From an uncultured OM182 clade bacterium (GTDB lineage Bacteria > Pseudomonadota > Gammaproteobacteria > Pseudomonadales > Azotimanducaceae): a DNA stretch of 64,000 nt. Positions 29,351-39,571 of the stretch are shown in pieces. The notes under the pieces were generated by a model. It was not told the DNA's origin and ran no database searches. It saw nothing but the letters and a program-made list of their open reading frames with translations. Each line of letters starts with the position of its first letter. Positions within the stretch are counted from its first letter, which is position 1. The stretch covers positions 1,267-65,266 of the forward strand of contig CACFLG010000005.1 in assembly GCA_902567095.1 (NCBI GenBank), in the 5' to 3' direction. A program made the translations under genes and the position numbers.

Positions 29351-30547
29351 CTATCTCAACGCGTCAGTTGGCAAAATCCTGGCTGCTCGAAGAGAGGGAA
29401 CCAGACCAGCGATAAAGCTTACGGCTAGAGATGCAGTAGCAATAAGAGCAAGATCATCAAATCTTATCTGTATCGGTATTTGAGAAAAGTAGGTTCCTTC
29501 TACGATACTAAATCCGAATGTTGAAGATACCCAAGCCATCAGATTGGGCACATACAACGACAATATAACCCCAATCACTAACCCACTAACTACCGCTAAC
29601 AAAGATATAAATCCACCGAAAAAAAGAAAAATCGAGGTAATTTGACTAGATCTCAATCCGATCGTGCGCAAAATAGCAACTTCATTTCTTTTGTCTTCGA
29701 TTAAAATTGTTAGGGCCGAAATTATGCCAGTTGACGAAATAGCGATAACTAAGAGCATCACTACGAGGAGGAGATTTTTTTCAATACTTACCGCTCTGAA
29801 AAAATTCCCGAACCTTTCTGTCCAAGCTTCTACCTTTAAGCCTTCTTGCTGAAGAAGATCAGCAATTTCATCGGCTTTAAGAACATTCTCTAAATATAGT
29901 CTTGAGCCAATCTGCCTGTTTAAAAGATTAGAAATATCCCCAACTTCAGCCAAAGCCACATAACTATCGAGCTCAGACCGAAAGGCAAAGGTGCCGCCTA
30001 GATACGCCGGATACATTTTTGGCCTTACAGTGTCTCCTGACTCAGACATTATTGGAAATAACAAATAAAAAGGGTCTCCCAGATCGAGCCCATAACCTCG
30101 AGCGACTGACTGACTTAGTAGCAACCGTAGACCATACTCTTCGGGGAGGCTAACTTGATTTTTTTGCCCCATGGCTTGATGAATTTTAGTCCCCATTAAT
30201 TCCATATCCTTCGAAAATCCGTAAATTTCAAGGAAGTGGTTGCGAGCCCTAGTGAGCATCATCCCCTCAACGGCCATAAAAGGCGTTATGTGTTTTATGG
30301 CCTCTGTTCCCAGAAATGATTCAACATGGGTCGCATCTAATTCAGAACCCTCCACATAAACATGCGGCACAACGCCCAGCAAACGGTCCTTCAATTGGGA
30401 ATCAAAACCATTCATCACTGAGCTTACTACCGTAAGGATGGTTACTCCAATCGAGATGCCCAGGAAAGATGCGAGAGCAATCGGAGAGAAAAAATTGTTA
30501 TTGGATCGAGCAAACAGAAATCTCAATGCGATGTATCTAATAATCAC
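29351..30547 (-). CDS. lolE: Lipoprotein-releasing ABC permease (LolC/E family)
   Basis: SVMNGFD, VVPH, EVAILRTIG; third gene of lolCDE. The C versus E assignment is by position only. Confidence 0.8.
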   Translation of the reverse strand: MIIRYIALRFLFARSNNNFFSPIALASFLGISIGVTILTVVSSVMNGFDSQLKDRLLGVVPHVYVEGSELDATHVESFLGTEAIKHITPFMAVEGMMLTRARNHFLEIYGFSKDMELMGTKIHQAMGQKNQVSLPEEYGLRLLLSQSVARGYGLDLGDPFYLLFPIMSESGDTVRPKMYPAYLGGTFAFRSELDSYVALAEVGDISNLLNRQIGSRLYLENVLKADEIADLLQQEGLKVEAWTERFGNFFRAVSIEKNLLLVVMLLVIAISSTGIISALTILIEDKRNEVAILRTIGLRSSQITSIFLFFGGFISLLAVVSGLVIGVILSLYVPNLMAWVSSTFGFSIVEGTYFSQIPIQIRFDDLALIATASLAVSFIAGLVPSLRAARILPTDALR

Positions 30548-31230
30548 GCTGCACGTTCTGCAAGCTTGCCACTTTTTAAAACAAAAATCTTGCTAAGCCG
30601 CCGCGCAAAGGACTCGTCGTGCGTTACCACAACAAACGAAGTTTCCAGAGAACTAGTTAAATCTAGCATTAGCTCCTCCACTATCTGAGAATTTTCTTCG
30701 TCTAAATTACCTGTTGGCTCATCAGCTAAAACCAAAGAGGGATTATTAATCAGGGAACGTCCAATTGCGACACGCTGCCTTTCCCCGCCGGACAATTCAG
30801 AGGGTAAGTGGCTTGAACGACGCTTTATATCTAATTTTAAAAGCATCTGATCAGCTAAAGAAAATGCTTCGGACCTGGGTTTACCAGAAATCAAAGCAGG
30901 CAACGCAATATTTTCCCTAGCGGAAAACTCTGGCATTAAATGATGAAACTGGTAGATGAAACCTATTTTCAGATTTCTAAAATTCGCCATTGCGGTTTCT
31001 GAAAGTAAGGAGAGACTTTGGCCATCAATCGCGACTTCTCCCTCAGTCTGACGGTCCAAACCTGCTAAAAGGTATAAAAATGTGCTTTTTCCGCTTCCCG
31101 AAGCCCCTATAATTCCTGTGGTTTCTCCTTCTCTGACAGAAAAATCAATACCACTAAGAACCTCTATAGACTTGTTTCCTTGGGTAAAGCTTTTGTATAG
31201 ACCTTGCGCTTTTATAATTTCACGTTTCAA
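30544..31230 (-). CDS. lolD: Lipoprotein-releasing ABC ATPase
   Basis: GASGSGKST, GFIYQFHHL, LSGGERQR, LADEPTGNLD. Confidence 0.93.
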   Translation of the reverse strand: MKREIIKAQGLYKSFTQGNKSIEVLSGIDFSVREGETTGIIGASGSGKSTFLYLLAGLDRQTEGEVAIDGQSLSLLSETAMANFRNLKIGFIYQFHHLMPEFSARENIALPALISGKPRSEAFSLADQMLLKLDIKRRSSHLPSELSGGERQRVAIGRSLINNPSLVLADEPTGNLDEENSQIVEELMLDLTSSLETSFVVVTHDESFARRLSKIFVLKSGKLAERAA

Positions 31231-32452
31231 GGTTGAGTACTCTCGCAGGCATCATTCTGGCAGCTTTCCTTGCTGGCATAACAGAAAAGATAATTATTGT
31301 TGCTAAAGCTGTTAAAAATATTGCAGCAATATCAGAAAAGATAATTTTAGTTGGGAAATGTTTTATAAAATACTCATCCATAAACCCCGACTGAAGCGAA
31401 TCGTTAAGAAAATTGAAAAGTGGTGCCAACACAGTTGTGACTCCAAAACCCAAAGCAAATCCAGCTAAAACCCCCAGCAGACCAATGTACAATCCACTTA
31501 GCAAAAATATAATCAAAATGTCCCTCTCGGAAGCACCCAAAGTCTTCAAAACGGCTATCTCTGGCTTTGCTTGACTTACGGTTAGAGCCAAATTAGACGA
31601 GATGTTAAAGATAGCAGCCAGGACCAAAAACATCATCAAAAACGCCAGGGTGGCTTTCTGTGTGCCAATGGCTTCATACAAAGCACCGTGAGACTGTTGC
31701 CAACTATACCCATTAAGAGAGTCTTTAGCGTAAATCACATCGAACACAGTTCGAGAAGCTTGGAAAACGTTTTTTGTTTTTATCGAAACGCCATCTATTT
31801 CCTTTTGTCTCTTAAGCCTGCGCAAGTCATTCGAATGCATGATCAGTAAATTGCTATCAATATCTAGGTCCAATTCAAAAAAACCAACAACCTCCAACCT
31901 ACGAGTCGTTAGGTGAGAGCCAGCTAGCGAAACACTTACTTGTGGTAAAACCAATGTAATCTGATCACCAACAGAGAGCCGCAAAGTATTCGCTAAATCT
32001 CGACCCAACACCACATTAAAATTCGAGCTCTCCAGCGATTTGAGGTCTCCAACTACAATCGCCTCGGGCAATATTGAGACGGTCCCCTCGATCTCAGGAT
32101 CGATGCCTCTAACGGACACGGACGCAAGAGTGCCAGACGAGACAATCATGCCTCGACTCTCTATAAAAGGCGCCGCCGCCTCAATGTTTGAGTGTGATAG
32201 AAGGGAGTCTCGCATTTTGGCCAGATCAAAATCGGGGTCATCCGAATAAATAACTCCATGAGGGGTGGCCGCAAGCAGCCTTTCTCTAAACTCCTTGTCG
32301 AACCCATTTACTATGGAAAGAACAGTAAATAAGGCTGCAATCGCTACAGCTACTCCAATTATGGAGAAAAGACCAACCAAGGAGCTTCCTCGCCTTGCGG
32401 GGAAAGAGAAAGCTATTTTGCGCGCCAATGCGAATCGCCAATGACCAACCAT
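31220..32452 (-). CDS. lolC: Lipoprotein-releasing ABC permease (LolC/E family)
   Basis: LSIVNGFD, EIAVLKTLGA, PARKAA. Confidence 0.8.
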   Translation of the reverse strand: MVGHWRFALARKIAFSFPARRGSSLVGLFSIIGVAVAIAALFTVLSIVNGFDKEFRERLLAATPHGVIYSDDPDFDLAKMRDSLLSHSNIEAAAPFIESRGMIVSSGTLASVSVRGIDPEIEGTVSILPEAIVVGDLKSLESSNFNVVLGRDLANTLRLSVGDQITLVLPQVSVSLAGSHLTTRRLEVVGFFELDLDIDSNLLIMHSNDLRRLKRQKEIDGVSIKTKNVFQASRTVFDVIYAKDSLNGYSWQQSHGALYEAIGTQKATLAFLMMFLVLAAIFNISSNLALTVSQAKPEIAVLKTLGASERDILIIFLLSGLYIGLLGVLAGFALGFGVTTVLAPLFNFLNDSLQSGFMDEYFIKHFPTKIIFSDIAAIFLTALATIIIFSVMPARKAARMMPARVLNLET

Positions 32453-32488
32453 CCTAGGATTTACTCCTATGCTCTCTGTCCTTAGCCT

Positions 32489-32662
32489 TTATTTTCTGGC
32501 GCAGTTTTCTTTCTTGCCACAGAATTGACAGGCCGCATCGCCATTTAAACTCTTTAGCCCACCGCAAGAGCCAGCAATTGGGTCACGGCCCTTGATTACT
32601 CCAATCGCCATAGCAATGACCGAAGCCAGCAAGATCACGAAACTAAAAATAAACTCAATCAT
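32489..32662 (-). CDS. nqrM: Na+-NQR maturation factor NqrM (57 aa, not in the ORF track)
   Basis: MIEFIFSFVILLASVIAMAIGVIKGRDPIAGSCGGLKSLNGDAACQFCGKKENCARK; ATGA overlap with apbE. Confidence 0.88.
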   Translation of the reverse strand: MIEFIFSFVILLASVIAMAIGVIKGRDPIAGSCGGLKSLNGDAACQFCGKKENCARK

Positions 32663-33672
32663 TCACTAAGACTCGTTACATATTCTTGAAATTTTTCAGA
32701 GGAAAAAACTTCGTATTTCCCCGATTGACGTATTATAGCCATAACTTTTAGGTTTTTCTCATTTGATATCTGCGAAAGACTTTCTAATCCGATTGCGTTT
32801 AATCCGGTAGCCAAGGCATCAGCAAGAGCCGCACTCCGATGCAAAACAGTAACTGATCCGACCCCGTTATCAATCGGATAGCCATTATCAGGATTTATGA
32901 TGTGAGGGAAAAAAGCACCGTCCGACTCAAAAAAATTTCTATAGTCTCCGGAGGTAGCCATCGCTAGATTATCAAGTGGAACAGTGCTAAAGACTTTCCT
33001 CTCGTTACGATTGGGAACTTCTATCGCGATGTTCCAGGGTTTGCCTCGAGGACTCAATCCACGGGCTTTCACTTCACCACCTATCTCTACAAAAAAATTT
33101 TCCAGATCCCTATGCTCAAGAAACTCCGCTATAAGATCTACCGCGTACCCCTTAGCAATCCCCGAAAAATCGAGTCGCGTCTCTCTCGACTTATAAACAA
33201 AATTCGAGGTTATCTTCAATGGATTGTCCGAGGGGGTCTCCAATAAATCTTCTATCTTGATTCGTGAGGGAGGCCCTTCCCTCTTAAAATCAGGGCCAAA
33301 ACCCCAAAGATCAACCAAGGGACCTATCGAAACATCAAACGCACCCCGAGTAATATTTTTGACCTCTTCACTGAGCAACAAAAGCTCCCTAAACGAAGAG
33401 GAGACCGTCACCGCGCCTTCCGAGCGGTTAAATTTTGATATCTCTGACTCAGCCATGTAATGAGAGAAGACCCCATTGAATTCGAGCAACTCCTGATCGA
33501 TTAGAGCCTTTAAGTCGACCTCTTTATCTAGCTGATCAGATATCTTTACAGTGTAGGTTGTTCCCATCGTCACGCCTTCAATCACAGTAAGAGATTTGTT
33601 TGTTTTTGAGCAACCTGCGAGCACTAGCACCGCAGCACAAACAAAAAATATTGAGTTAAAACTTTGTTTCAT
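32659..33672 (-). CDS. apbE: FAD:protein FMN transferase lipoprotein
   Basis: Lipobox LAGC, TMGT, GAFD, DFSGIAKGYAVD, ATSGDYRN, ADALAT. Confidence 0.93.
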   Translation of the reverse strand: MKQSFNSIFFVCAAVLVLAGCSKTNKSLTVIEGVTMGTTYTVKISDQLDKEVDLKALIDQELLEFNGVFSHYMAESEISKFNRSEGAVTVSSSFRELLLLSEEVKNITRGAFDVSIGPLVDLWGFGPDFKREGPPSRIKIEDLLETPSDNPLKITSNFVYKSRETRLDFSGIAKGYAVDLIAEFLEHRDLENFFVEIGGEVKARGLSPRGKPWNIAIEVPNRNERKVFSTVPLDNLAMATSGDYRNFFESDGAFFPHIINPDNGYPIDNGVGSVTVLHRSAALADALATGLNAIGLESLSQISNEKNLKVMAIIRQSGKYEVFSSEKFQEYVTSLSE

Positions 33673-33688
33673 GCTTTACTCCCGCTCC

Positions 33689-34183
33689 ATGGACCCGTTA
33701 AAAGAAAGCTCTTCACATAAATTATACAACGGATCGCCGAAGGAGCTTCAGGAGATAATGCATGAGCTAATCCCTATGAGCAGGTTCATGGGCGTTGCAG
33801 TCTCGGAATATAAAAGAGATACGCTGACACTGACCGCTCCATTGAGCAAAAACATCAACCACCAACAATCGGCTTTCGGTGGAAGCATTTTTGCTTTGGC
33901 GGCTTTAGCCGGTTGGGGCATCTTGCAGCTTAAGCTCAGAGAGCTTGATTTAGACTGCAATATCGTAGTGTCAGACGCAAAAGCTAAATTCCTCAAACCC
34001 ATTCGTGAAGATCTGGTGTGCAAGGCCAAGCTTAACCATTCTCACATTCGGTTACTCAAGGAAATTAACAAGACTGGGTCTGTTGTAGTCGAGCTAGACA
34101 CTGAATTTTTAGCTAGGGGAATTACTGCTATGACCTCCCGTTCAATTTACCATGTAAAAAATCTCGGGATAGAGGCTCAATGA
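33689..34183 (+). CDS. YiiD C-terminal-like hot-dog thioesterase domain protein
   Basis: IPMSRFMG, APLSKNINHQQSAFGGS, LAGWG. Start moved downstream to avoid overlap with apbE. Confidence 0.75.
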   Translation: MDPLKESSSHKLYNGSPKELQEIMHELIPMSRFMGVAVSEYKRDTLTLTAPLSKNINHQQSAFGGSIFALAALAGWGILQLKLRELDLDCNIVVSDAKAKFLKPIREDLVCKAKLNHSHIRLLKEINKTGSVVVELDTEFLARGITAMTSRSIYHVKNLGIEAQ

Positions 34184-35166
34184 ACAAATATAACCCTGCC
34201 AGAGTGGCCCTGGGCAGACTTCCCACACCGATTGAACGCTTAGAGACGCTCTCGAAAAAGTACAAAAAAAATATATGGATAAAAAGAGATGATCTATCTG
34301 AGACCGCGTTGTCCGGAAACAAAGTTAGAAAGTTGGAATATATCGTAGCTGAAGCACTCGAGAACAAAGCAGATGTCCTAGTGACTTGGGGCGCTGTTCA
34401 GTCAAACCACTGCAGAGCTACCGCCATCGCTGCAGCCAGGCTTGGTATGAAATCGCACTTAGTTCTTCGAGGTTCCGAACCGAACGAAGCCGATGGAAAC
34501 CTCTTAATTGATAAGTTGGTCAATTCTAGGATCTCCTACCAAACACCTGATGAATACGGAAAAATGGATAAAACCTATGAACTCCTTCAAACACAATACG
34601 AGAAAGAGGGTAAAAAAACCTTCCGAATACCTGTCGGGGGAAGCAATGAGACAGGTCTTTGGGGATATATCAATTGCGCGCGCGAATTAGTATCTGATTT
34701 CAAAAATATCGGTTTTAATCCTGAGGCAATCGTTTGCGCCACTGGATCCGGAGGAACTCAGGGAGGGCTAATACTAGGCGCTGACCTTCACCAAATTGAT
34801 GGCCAGATTTTCGGGATAAATGTTTGCGATAACAAAAGGTATTTTGAAAACAAAATTGGAGAAGACATCAATCTTTGGTTAGAAAAATATTCTCCAGCAA
34901 CAAGCAAAGCGACCCAGCTCCAAACAAACATCATTGAAGGATACGTCGGTGAGGGTTACGGCAAGGCCTCGGCTGAAATTTTCGAGACCATCCGCGAAGT
35001 CGCAGAATTAGAGGGAATTTTGTTAGACCCGGTATATACTGGGAAGGCCTTTCATGGCATGATTTCTGAGATAGAAAACGGCTGTCTCGCGAGATTCCAA
35101 GACATCCTTTTTATTCACACCGGGGGCATTTTCGGGATCTTCCCTCATAAAGAAAACATGGTCTAA
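34180..35166 (+). CDS. D-cysteine desulfhydrase/ACC deaminase family PLP enzyme
   Basis: IKRDDL, SGNKVRKLEY, QSNH, GSGGT, LDPVYTGKA, HTGG. Confidence 0.88.
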   Translation: MNKYNPARVALGRLPTPIERLETLSKKYKKNIWIKRDDLSETALSGNKVRKLEYIVAEALENKADVLVTWGAVQSNHCRATAIAAARLGMKSHLVLRGSEPNEADGNLLIDKLVNSRISYQTPDEYGKMDKTYELLQTQYEKEGKKTFRIPVGGSNETGLWGYINCARELVSDFKNIGFNPEAIVCATGSGGTQGGLILGADLHQIDGQIFGINVCDNKRYFENKIGEDINLWLEKYSPATSKATQLQTNIIEGYVGEGYGKASAEIFETIREVAELEGILLDPVYTGKAFHGMISEIENGCLARFQDILFIHTGGIFGIFPHKENMV

Positions 35167-35169
35167 ACG

Positions 35170-35736
35170 ATGAAAAACCTTATTTTTCTCTTGGTGTTCC
35201 TTTTCTCTGGCTGTTCTTCTCTTCCGACCCTTTGGCCTTTTGGGAAAGACAAGGACAATTGTTTAGAGACGAATAGTTGCGAGTCTGCAGCAGAAGTCAC
35301 TAGGGCAGAAAGTGAAACGTGGTCATGCAACGGAACATCAAAATCGGAAGGCTGGACGTGCGCGCGATCGTCAGCTCCTAACTTCTCAGACAAGCCCTCA
35401 AGCCAAGATATTGGTTCGATCTCAGCAAACAAAATTGATTTAGTTCAAAAGCTATCCCTATTCCTCGACAGCGGGTTTGCCGTCCAAATAGCCGCCCTGC
35501 AGTCGATCGAAGAAATCACAAAGCTTGCTGAAAGGATTGGCATTGAGACTCCTTTGATAGCAGAAACAAAGCTTGAAGGAGCTATTTGGTTCGTTCTCGT
35601 TTTAGATCTTTATGAGGAGTTTGAGTCGGCGCAGGCCGCAAGCAAAAACCTTCAGAGAGCTTACCCTTTTCTGAATGAGCCCTGGGTAAGGCCCGTCAAG
35701 TCCCTTAAGAAGTCGCTGGCAAAATTCAGCGGATAA
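35170..35736 (+). CDS. Lipoprotein with C-terminal SPOR-like domain
   Basis: Lipobox FSGC; FAVQIAA...WFVLVL..YE...A..A...L...PWVR pattern. Confidence 0.6.
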   Translation: MKNLIFLLVFLFSGCSSLPTLWPFGKDKDNCLETNSCESAAEVTRAESETWSCNGTSKSEGWTCARSSAPNFSDKPSSQDIGSISANKIDLVQKLSLFLDSGFAVQIAALQSIEEITKLAERIGIETPLIAETKLEGAIWFVLVLDLYEEFESAQAASKNLQRAYPFLNEPWVRPVKSLKKSLAKFSG

Positions 35737-35739
35737 CTT

Positions 35740-37140
35740 ATGAAAAAAAAAGAAATACTTCGGAACATTCCCTCCGTAGACAAGATCCTAGCCCTTTTTG
35801 CCGGTCGGGACGAGCTACGGAACTATGGACTGACTCGATTAACGGAGGCTAGTCGAAAAACCTTAAAAAATTTTAGAACGCAGATAACAAATGAGAAGCT
35901 AACCTCCGCCCCGACACTGGACGAAATATCAGAACAGGTGATAGCTCTAATTGAAACACAAAACGAGGGGTCTCTTAAGGCAGTAGTAAATCTCACAGGA
36001 ACGGTCCTGCACACAAACCTTGGCAGGGCTACTTTACCCCTTTTTGTGGCTAACGAGCTTTCTGGAATTGCGAGTGGGAACAATAATTTAGAATATGAAC
36101 TTGAAGAGGGATCCAGAGGAGACAGGGATAGCCATGTCGAGAGACTTCTCACGGAACTTACAGGAGCAGAAGCCGCAACGGTTGTAAACAACAACGCAGC
36201 AGCAGTCTTGCTCTGCCTTAATACTTTTGCTTCAAAAAAAGAAGTTTGTGTTTCTAGGGGGGAGCTTGTAGAAATTGGGGGTTCTTTCAGGATCCCCGAA
36301 ATCATGGAAAAATCAGGGAGTACCCTGAGAGAAGTGGGCACGACTAATAGAACTCATTTAAAAGATTACGCCTCCGCCGTGAATGAACGAACGGGCTTAA
36401 TTATGAAAACGCACACGAGCAATTATGTTATCCAAGGCTTTACCCATGAAGCAACCCACGCAGAGCTTGCAAACCTTGGTAAATCAAGAGGAATTCCTCT
36501 CTTTGCGGACCTCGGGAGCGGCACTTTATTAAATCTGGAAGAATTTGGACTTAACCATGAAACAACCGTTCAGGAGCTCATTTCAGCAGGAACAGACTTA
36601 GTCTCTTTCAGTGGAGACAAATTGCTCGGAGGACCTCAAGCGGGCATCATTGTGGGAAGAACAGATCTCATCTCCCAACTCAAAGAGAACCCGCTTAAGC
36701 GAGCCCTGAGGGTAGACAAGCTTACTATTTCGGCGTTGAGCGGAGTTCTAAAGCTTTATCGACACCCAGAAACACTAGCCGAAAACCTTCCTACCATGAG
36801 ATTTTTAACAAGAACGCCGGATGAAATTTTTAAAATGGCACAAGAAATTTTACCAGCCTTATTAAAGACAATAGCCCCTAAGTTTAAAGCACAAATTATC
36901 GAAACAAAAAGTCAGATCGGAAGCGGAGCTTTACCACTAGACCAACTGGACTCCTTTGCCTTAAGCATAGAGAGTGCAGACAACTCCGATAAGGCCCTGA
37001 GAGAAATCGCTCACAAGTTCAGACAACTCCCGGTTCCGATTATCGGAAGAATCGCGGGCGGGCGGCTTCTGTTTGATCTGCGAACTCTGGAACTACCCTC
37101 CTCATTCCTTGAGCCTATTACGGAACTTAAATCTGTATGA
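35740..37140 (+). CDS. selA: L-seryl-tRNA(Sec) selenium transferase
   Basis: NLTGTVLHTNLGRA, VNNNAAA, SRGELVEIGGSFRIP, EVGTTNRTH, FSGDKLLGGPQAG. Confidence 0.97.
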   Translation: MKKKEILRNIPSVDKILALFAGRDELRNYGLTRLTEASRKTLKNFRTQITNEKLTSAPTLDEISEQVIALIETQNEGSLKAVVNLTGTVLHTNLGRATLPLFVANELSGIASGNNNLEYELEEGSRGDRDSHVERLLTELTGAEAATVVNNNAAAVLLCLNTFASKKEVCVSRGELVEIGGSFRIPEIMEKSGSTLREVGTTNRTHLKDYASAVNERTGLIMKTHTSNYVIQGFTHEATHAELANLGKSRGIPLFADLGSGTLLNLEEFGLNHETTVQELISAGTDLVSFSGDKLLGGPQAGIIVGRTDLISQLKENPLKRALRVDKLTISALSGVLKLYRHPETLAENLPTMRFLTRTPDEIFKMAQEILPALLKTIAPKFKAQIIETKSQIGSGALPLDQLDSFALSIESADNSDKALREIAHKFRQLPVPIIGRIAGGRLLFDLRTLELPSSFLEPITELKSV

Positions 37141-39014
37141 TCATTGCCACCGCGGGACATGTAGACCATGGAAAAACCTCTCTCGTTAAATCTATAACGG
37201 GCGTGGACACCGATCGGCTGGCTGAGGAGAAAAAAAGGGGGCTCACAATTGAATTAGGGTTTGCTTACACGAAGTCAGACAGCGGCGAATCGATCGGATT
37301 TGTTGATGTCCCTGGACACTCACGATTTATCGGCAACATGTTATCCGGGGTTTCGACTATAGACGCTACTATCCTTGTAATCGCCTGCGATGACGGCGTC
37401 ATGCCTCAAACGCTCGAACACCTTCAAATCTTAGAGCTCTTAGGTATCGAAAATGGCTTTATTGTCCTAACAAAAATTGATCGGTGCGAGGTAACACAGA
37501 TAGAGACAAGACAAAACGAGATAAGAAGAGAGTTAGCCAAGTCATTCCTTAAAGGTTGCCCAATAGTCCCAGTATCCTCAGTAACGGGTACTGGCATCGA
37601 GAAAGTAAAAGAAACAATTGAAGAGCTAGCCAAAAAAAAACAAAAAACAACAAAGCAAGGATTATTTAGGCTTTCAGTTGACAGGAGATTCGTGCTTCAA
37701 GGCACAGGTTTGGTAGCAACTGGAACTGTTGCTGACGGAGAGGTCTGCGAAGGAGACGAGATATGGCTAATGCCCTCAAAGATAAAACTAAAAGCAAGGT
37801 CTTTAAGAGTAAATTCTGATAAAAAAAACTTGGCTCGATTAGGAGACCGATGCGCTATCAATCTTACCGGCGAAAACATCAAACTCACTGATGTTAAAAG
37901 AGGGAACTGGCTTACAAAAAATCCGGGAGACGCAACAAAAAAGGTAGTGGTTAGACTAAAACTCCTCAGACCATCCCAAGGTAAGTTGAAAAACTTCTCG
38001 CAAGTTCATTTTCATGCGGGCGCCAATCATGCTCAGGGGAGAATGGTTTTCCATGATCTAGAAGACTACTCGGACGGCGAAACAAGTGTTGCAACAATTT
38101 TATTGTCTGAAGAAATAAATCTTTGCTACGGCGATTATTTTGTAATTCGAGACCAGTCAGCATCTTTAACGCTCGGCGGCGGCAGGATCTTGAACCCATG
38201 CCCACCGGGGAACAAAAAAAAAGAATCAGCGGAAAGAGAAACTCTAAATCTGTTCAAGTTCAAGGATATCGAGAGCGACATCCTAACCTACATTCAAGGT
38301 TTACGAGCCAGCGTACCTATCAAAAAGCTGGTTGCTGTGTTTAACGTATCCGAAAAAAATTTATTTCATCTCGTCGAGAATAATAATTTAACCACTATTA
38401 AGCAGAGTGAAGTAATTAGCGGACCAAACCTTCAGGATTTAGAACAACGAATAGAGGCATTCATTCGGGGGTGGCAACAAAAAAAATCTGGCGAGAGAGG
38501 CGTTCCCGAGTCGTCCATAGAGACTGGTGTCGAAGATCATTCCTTGGACTCAATCTCACATGCTATCGAGTCACTCATTTATAAAAAAAGGATCGCAAGA
38601 CATGGAAATGTGATCTCTTTATGCGGCTACCGCGTTCAACTTGATCAGGAAGGGAAAAGCCTTTGGGAAAAGCTATCACCTATCCTCAAAGAAACTTGGA
38701 GAAAGCCGCCTGTCATGCATGATCTAGCTAAAGAGTTACGGCTAGAACCTAAAAAGCTCGAGCAGGCCCTGGTTCCACTAATCAAAGCAGGACTTATTTT
38801 GCGACCGATTAAGAACCGTTATTTTCTGCCGGAAGCCTTAGATGACCTAAAGGGTGACATTTTCAAGGCTGCAGACAGTGATAATCAGATTTCGGTTAAA
38901 AGCTATCGAGACATAACCGGGATAGGCAGAAATCTTTCGATAGAGATTCTCGAGTATTTTGACAGACAAGGGGTCACCAGGAGACTGGGAGACAAAAGAC
39001 AAATCATAGAGTAA
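37137..39014 (+). CDS. selB: Selenocysteine-specific elongation factor
   Basis: TAGHVDHGKT, EEKKRGLTIELGF, DVPGH; C-terminal winged helix GRNLSIEILEYFD. Confidence 0.97.
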   Translation: MIIATAGHVDHGKTSLVKSITGVDTDRLAEEKKRGLTIELGFAYTKSDSGESIGFVDVPGHSRFIGNMLSGVSTIDATILVIACDDGVMPQTLEHLQILELLGIENGFIVLTKIDRCEVTQIETRQNEIRRELAKSFLKGCPIVPVSSVTGTGIEKVKETIEELAKKKQKTTKQGLFRLSVDRRFVLQGTGLVATGTVADGEVCEGDEIWLMPSKIKLKARSLRVNSDKKNLARLGDRCAINLTGENIKLTDVKRGNWLTKNPGDATKKVVVRLKLLRPSQGKLKNFSQVHFHAGANHAQGRMVFHDLEDYSDGETSVATILLSEEINLCYGDYFVIRDQSASLTLGGGRILNPCPPGNKKKESAERETLNLFKFKDIESDILTYIQGLRASVPIKKLVAVFNVSEKNLFHLVENNNLTTIKQSEVISGPNLQDLEQRIEAFIRGWQQKKSGERGVPESSIETGVEDHSLDSISHAIESLIYKKRIARHGNVISLCGYRVQLDQEGKSLWEKLSPILKETWRKPPVMHDLAKELRLEPKKLEQALVPLIKAGLILRPIKNRYFLPEALDDLKGDIFKAADSDNQISVKSYRDITGIGRNLSIEILEYFDRQGVTRRLGDKRQIIE

Positions 39015-39037
39015 CTGTTGGGCATCAAGGGTAAAAA

Positions 39038-39565
39038 ATGAAAAAAATCCTGAAAAACATAGTTTTATTTATTTCATCTTCTCTTTTTTCTAGTGCGGGA
39101 GCCACTCAAGTATTAGTCGGCCAAACCATTCCCGACTTCGAGATGATAGGTACAGACGGCGCCCCTTATTCCAAAGATACATTAGAGGGAAATTATTTCG
39201 TGATAGCTTTTTTTCCCAAAGCTTTTACCGGCGGCTGAACCATGCAGTGCAAATCGCTGCGTGACAGTGATTCTGTGATCAGGAATTTCGAATTGAAATA
39301 TTTTATGGCTAGCAGCGCAGACAGTGTGGAGACCCTAAGCAGATTCAAAAAGGAAAACGAGGCCTCGTTCACTATGCTATCAGACAAAAACGGATTTGCA
39401 GCGAAGGCTCTTGGCGCATACAACCCGATCGGGTTCGCAAAGAGGTGGACTATATACGTAGACGATAATGGGAAAATTTTAAAGGTGGATAAAAGCGTCA
39501 ATGTAAGGACCGCAGGACAAGATTTAGCTGAAAACTTATCGAAGTTGGGATTCCCTAAGCGCTAG
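39038..39565 (+). CDS. Exported selenocysteine peroxiredoxin (BCP/AhpC-like, 175 aa with read-through at TGA 39236-39238)
   Basis: FFPKAFTGG-TGA-TMQC places the UGA at the peroxidatic Cys of PxxxTxxC. The downstream ORF is in frame. SECIS-like hairpin AATCGCTG-CGTGA-CAGTGATT. N-terminal signal peptide. Confidence 0.9.
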
Positions 39566-39571
39566 AAAATT

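Noticed and set aside
39038..39565. Peroxiredoxin pseudogene or two separate small genes (likewise at 13645 and 47383)
   Set aside because: Each stop is TGA, in frame, at a redox Cys-type position, and selA, selB and selC are present. Sec read-through is the simpler explanation.
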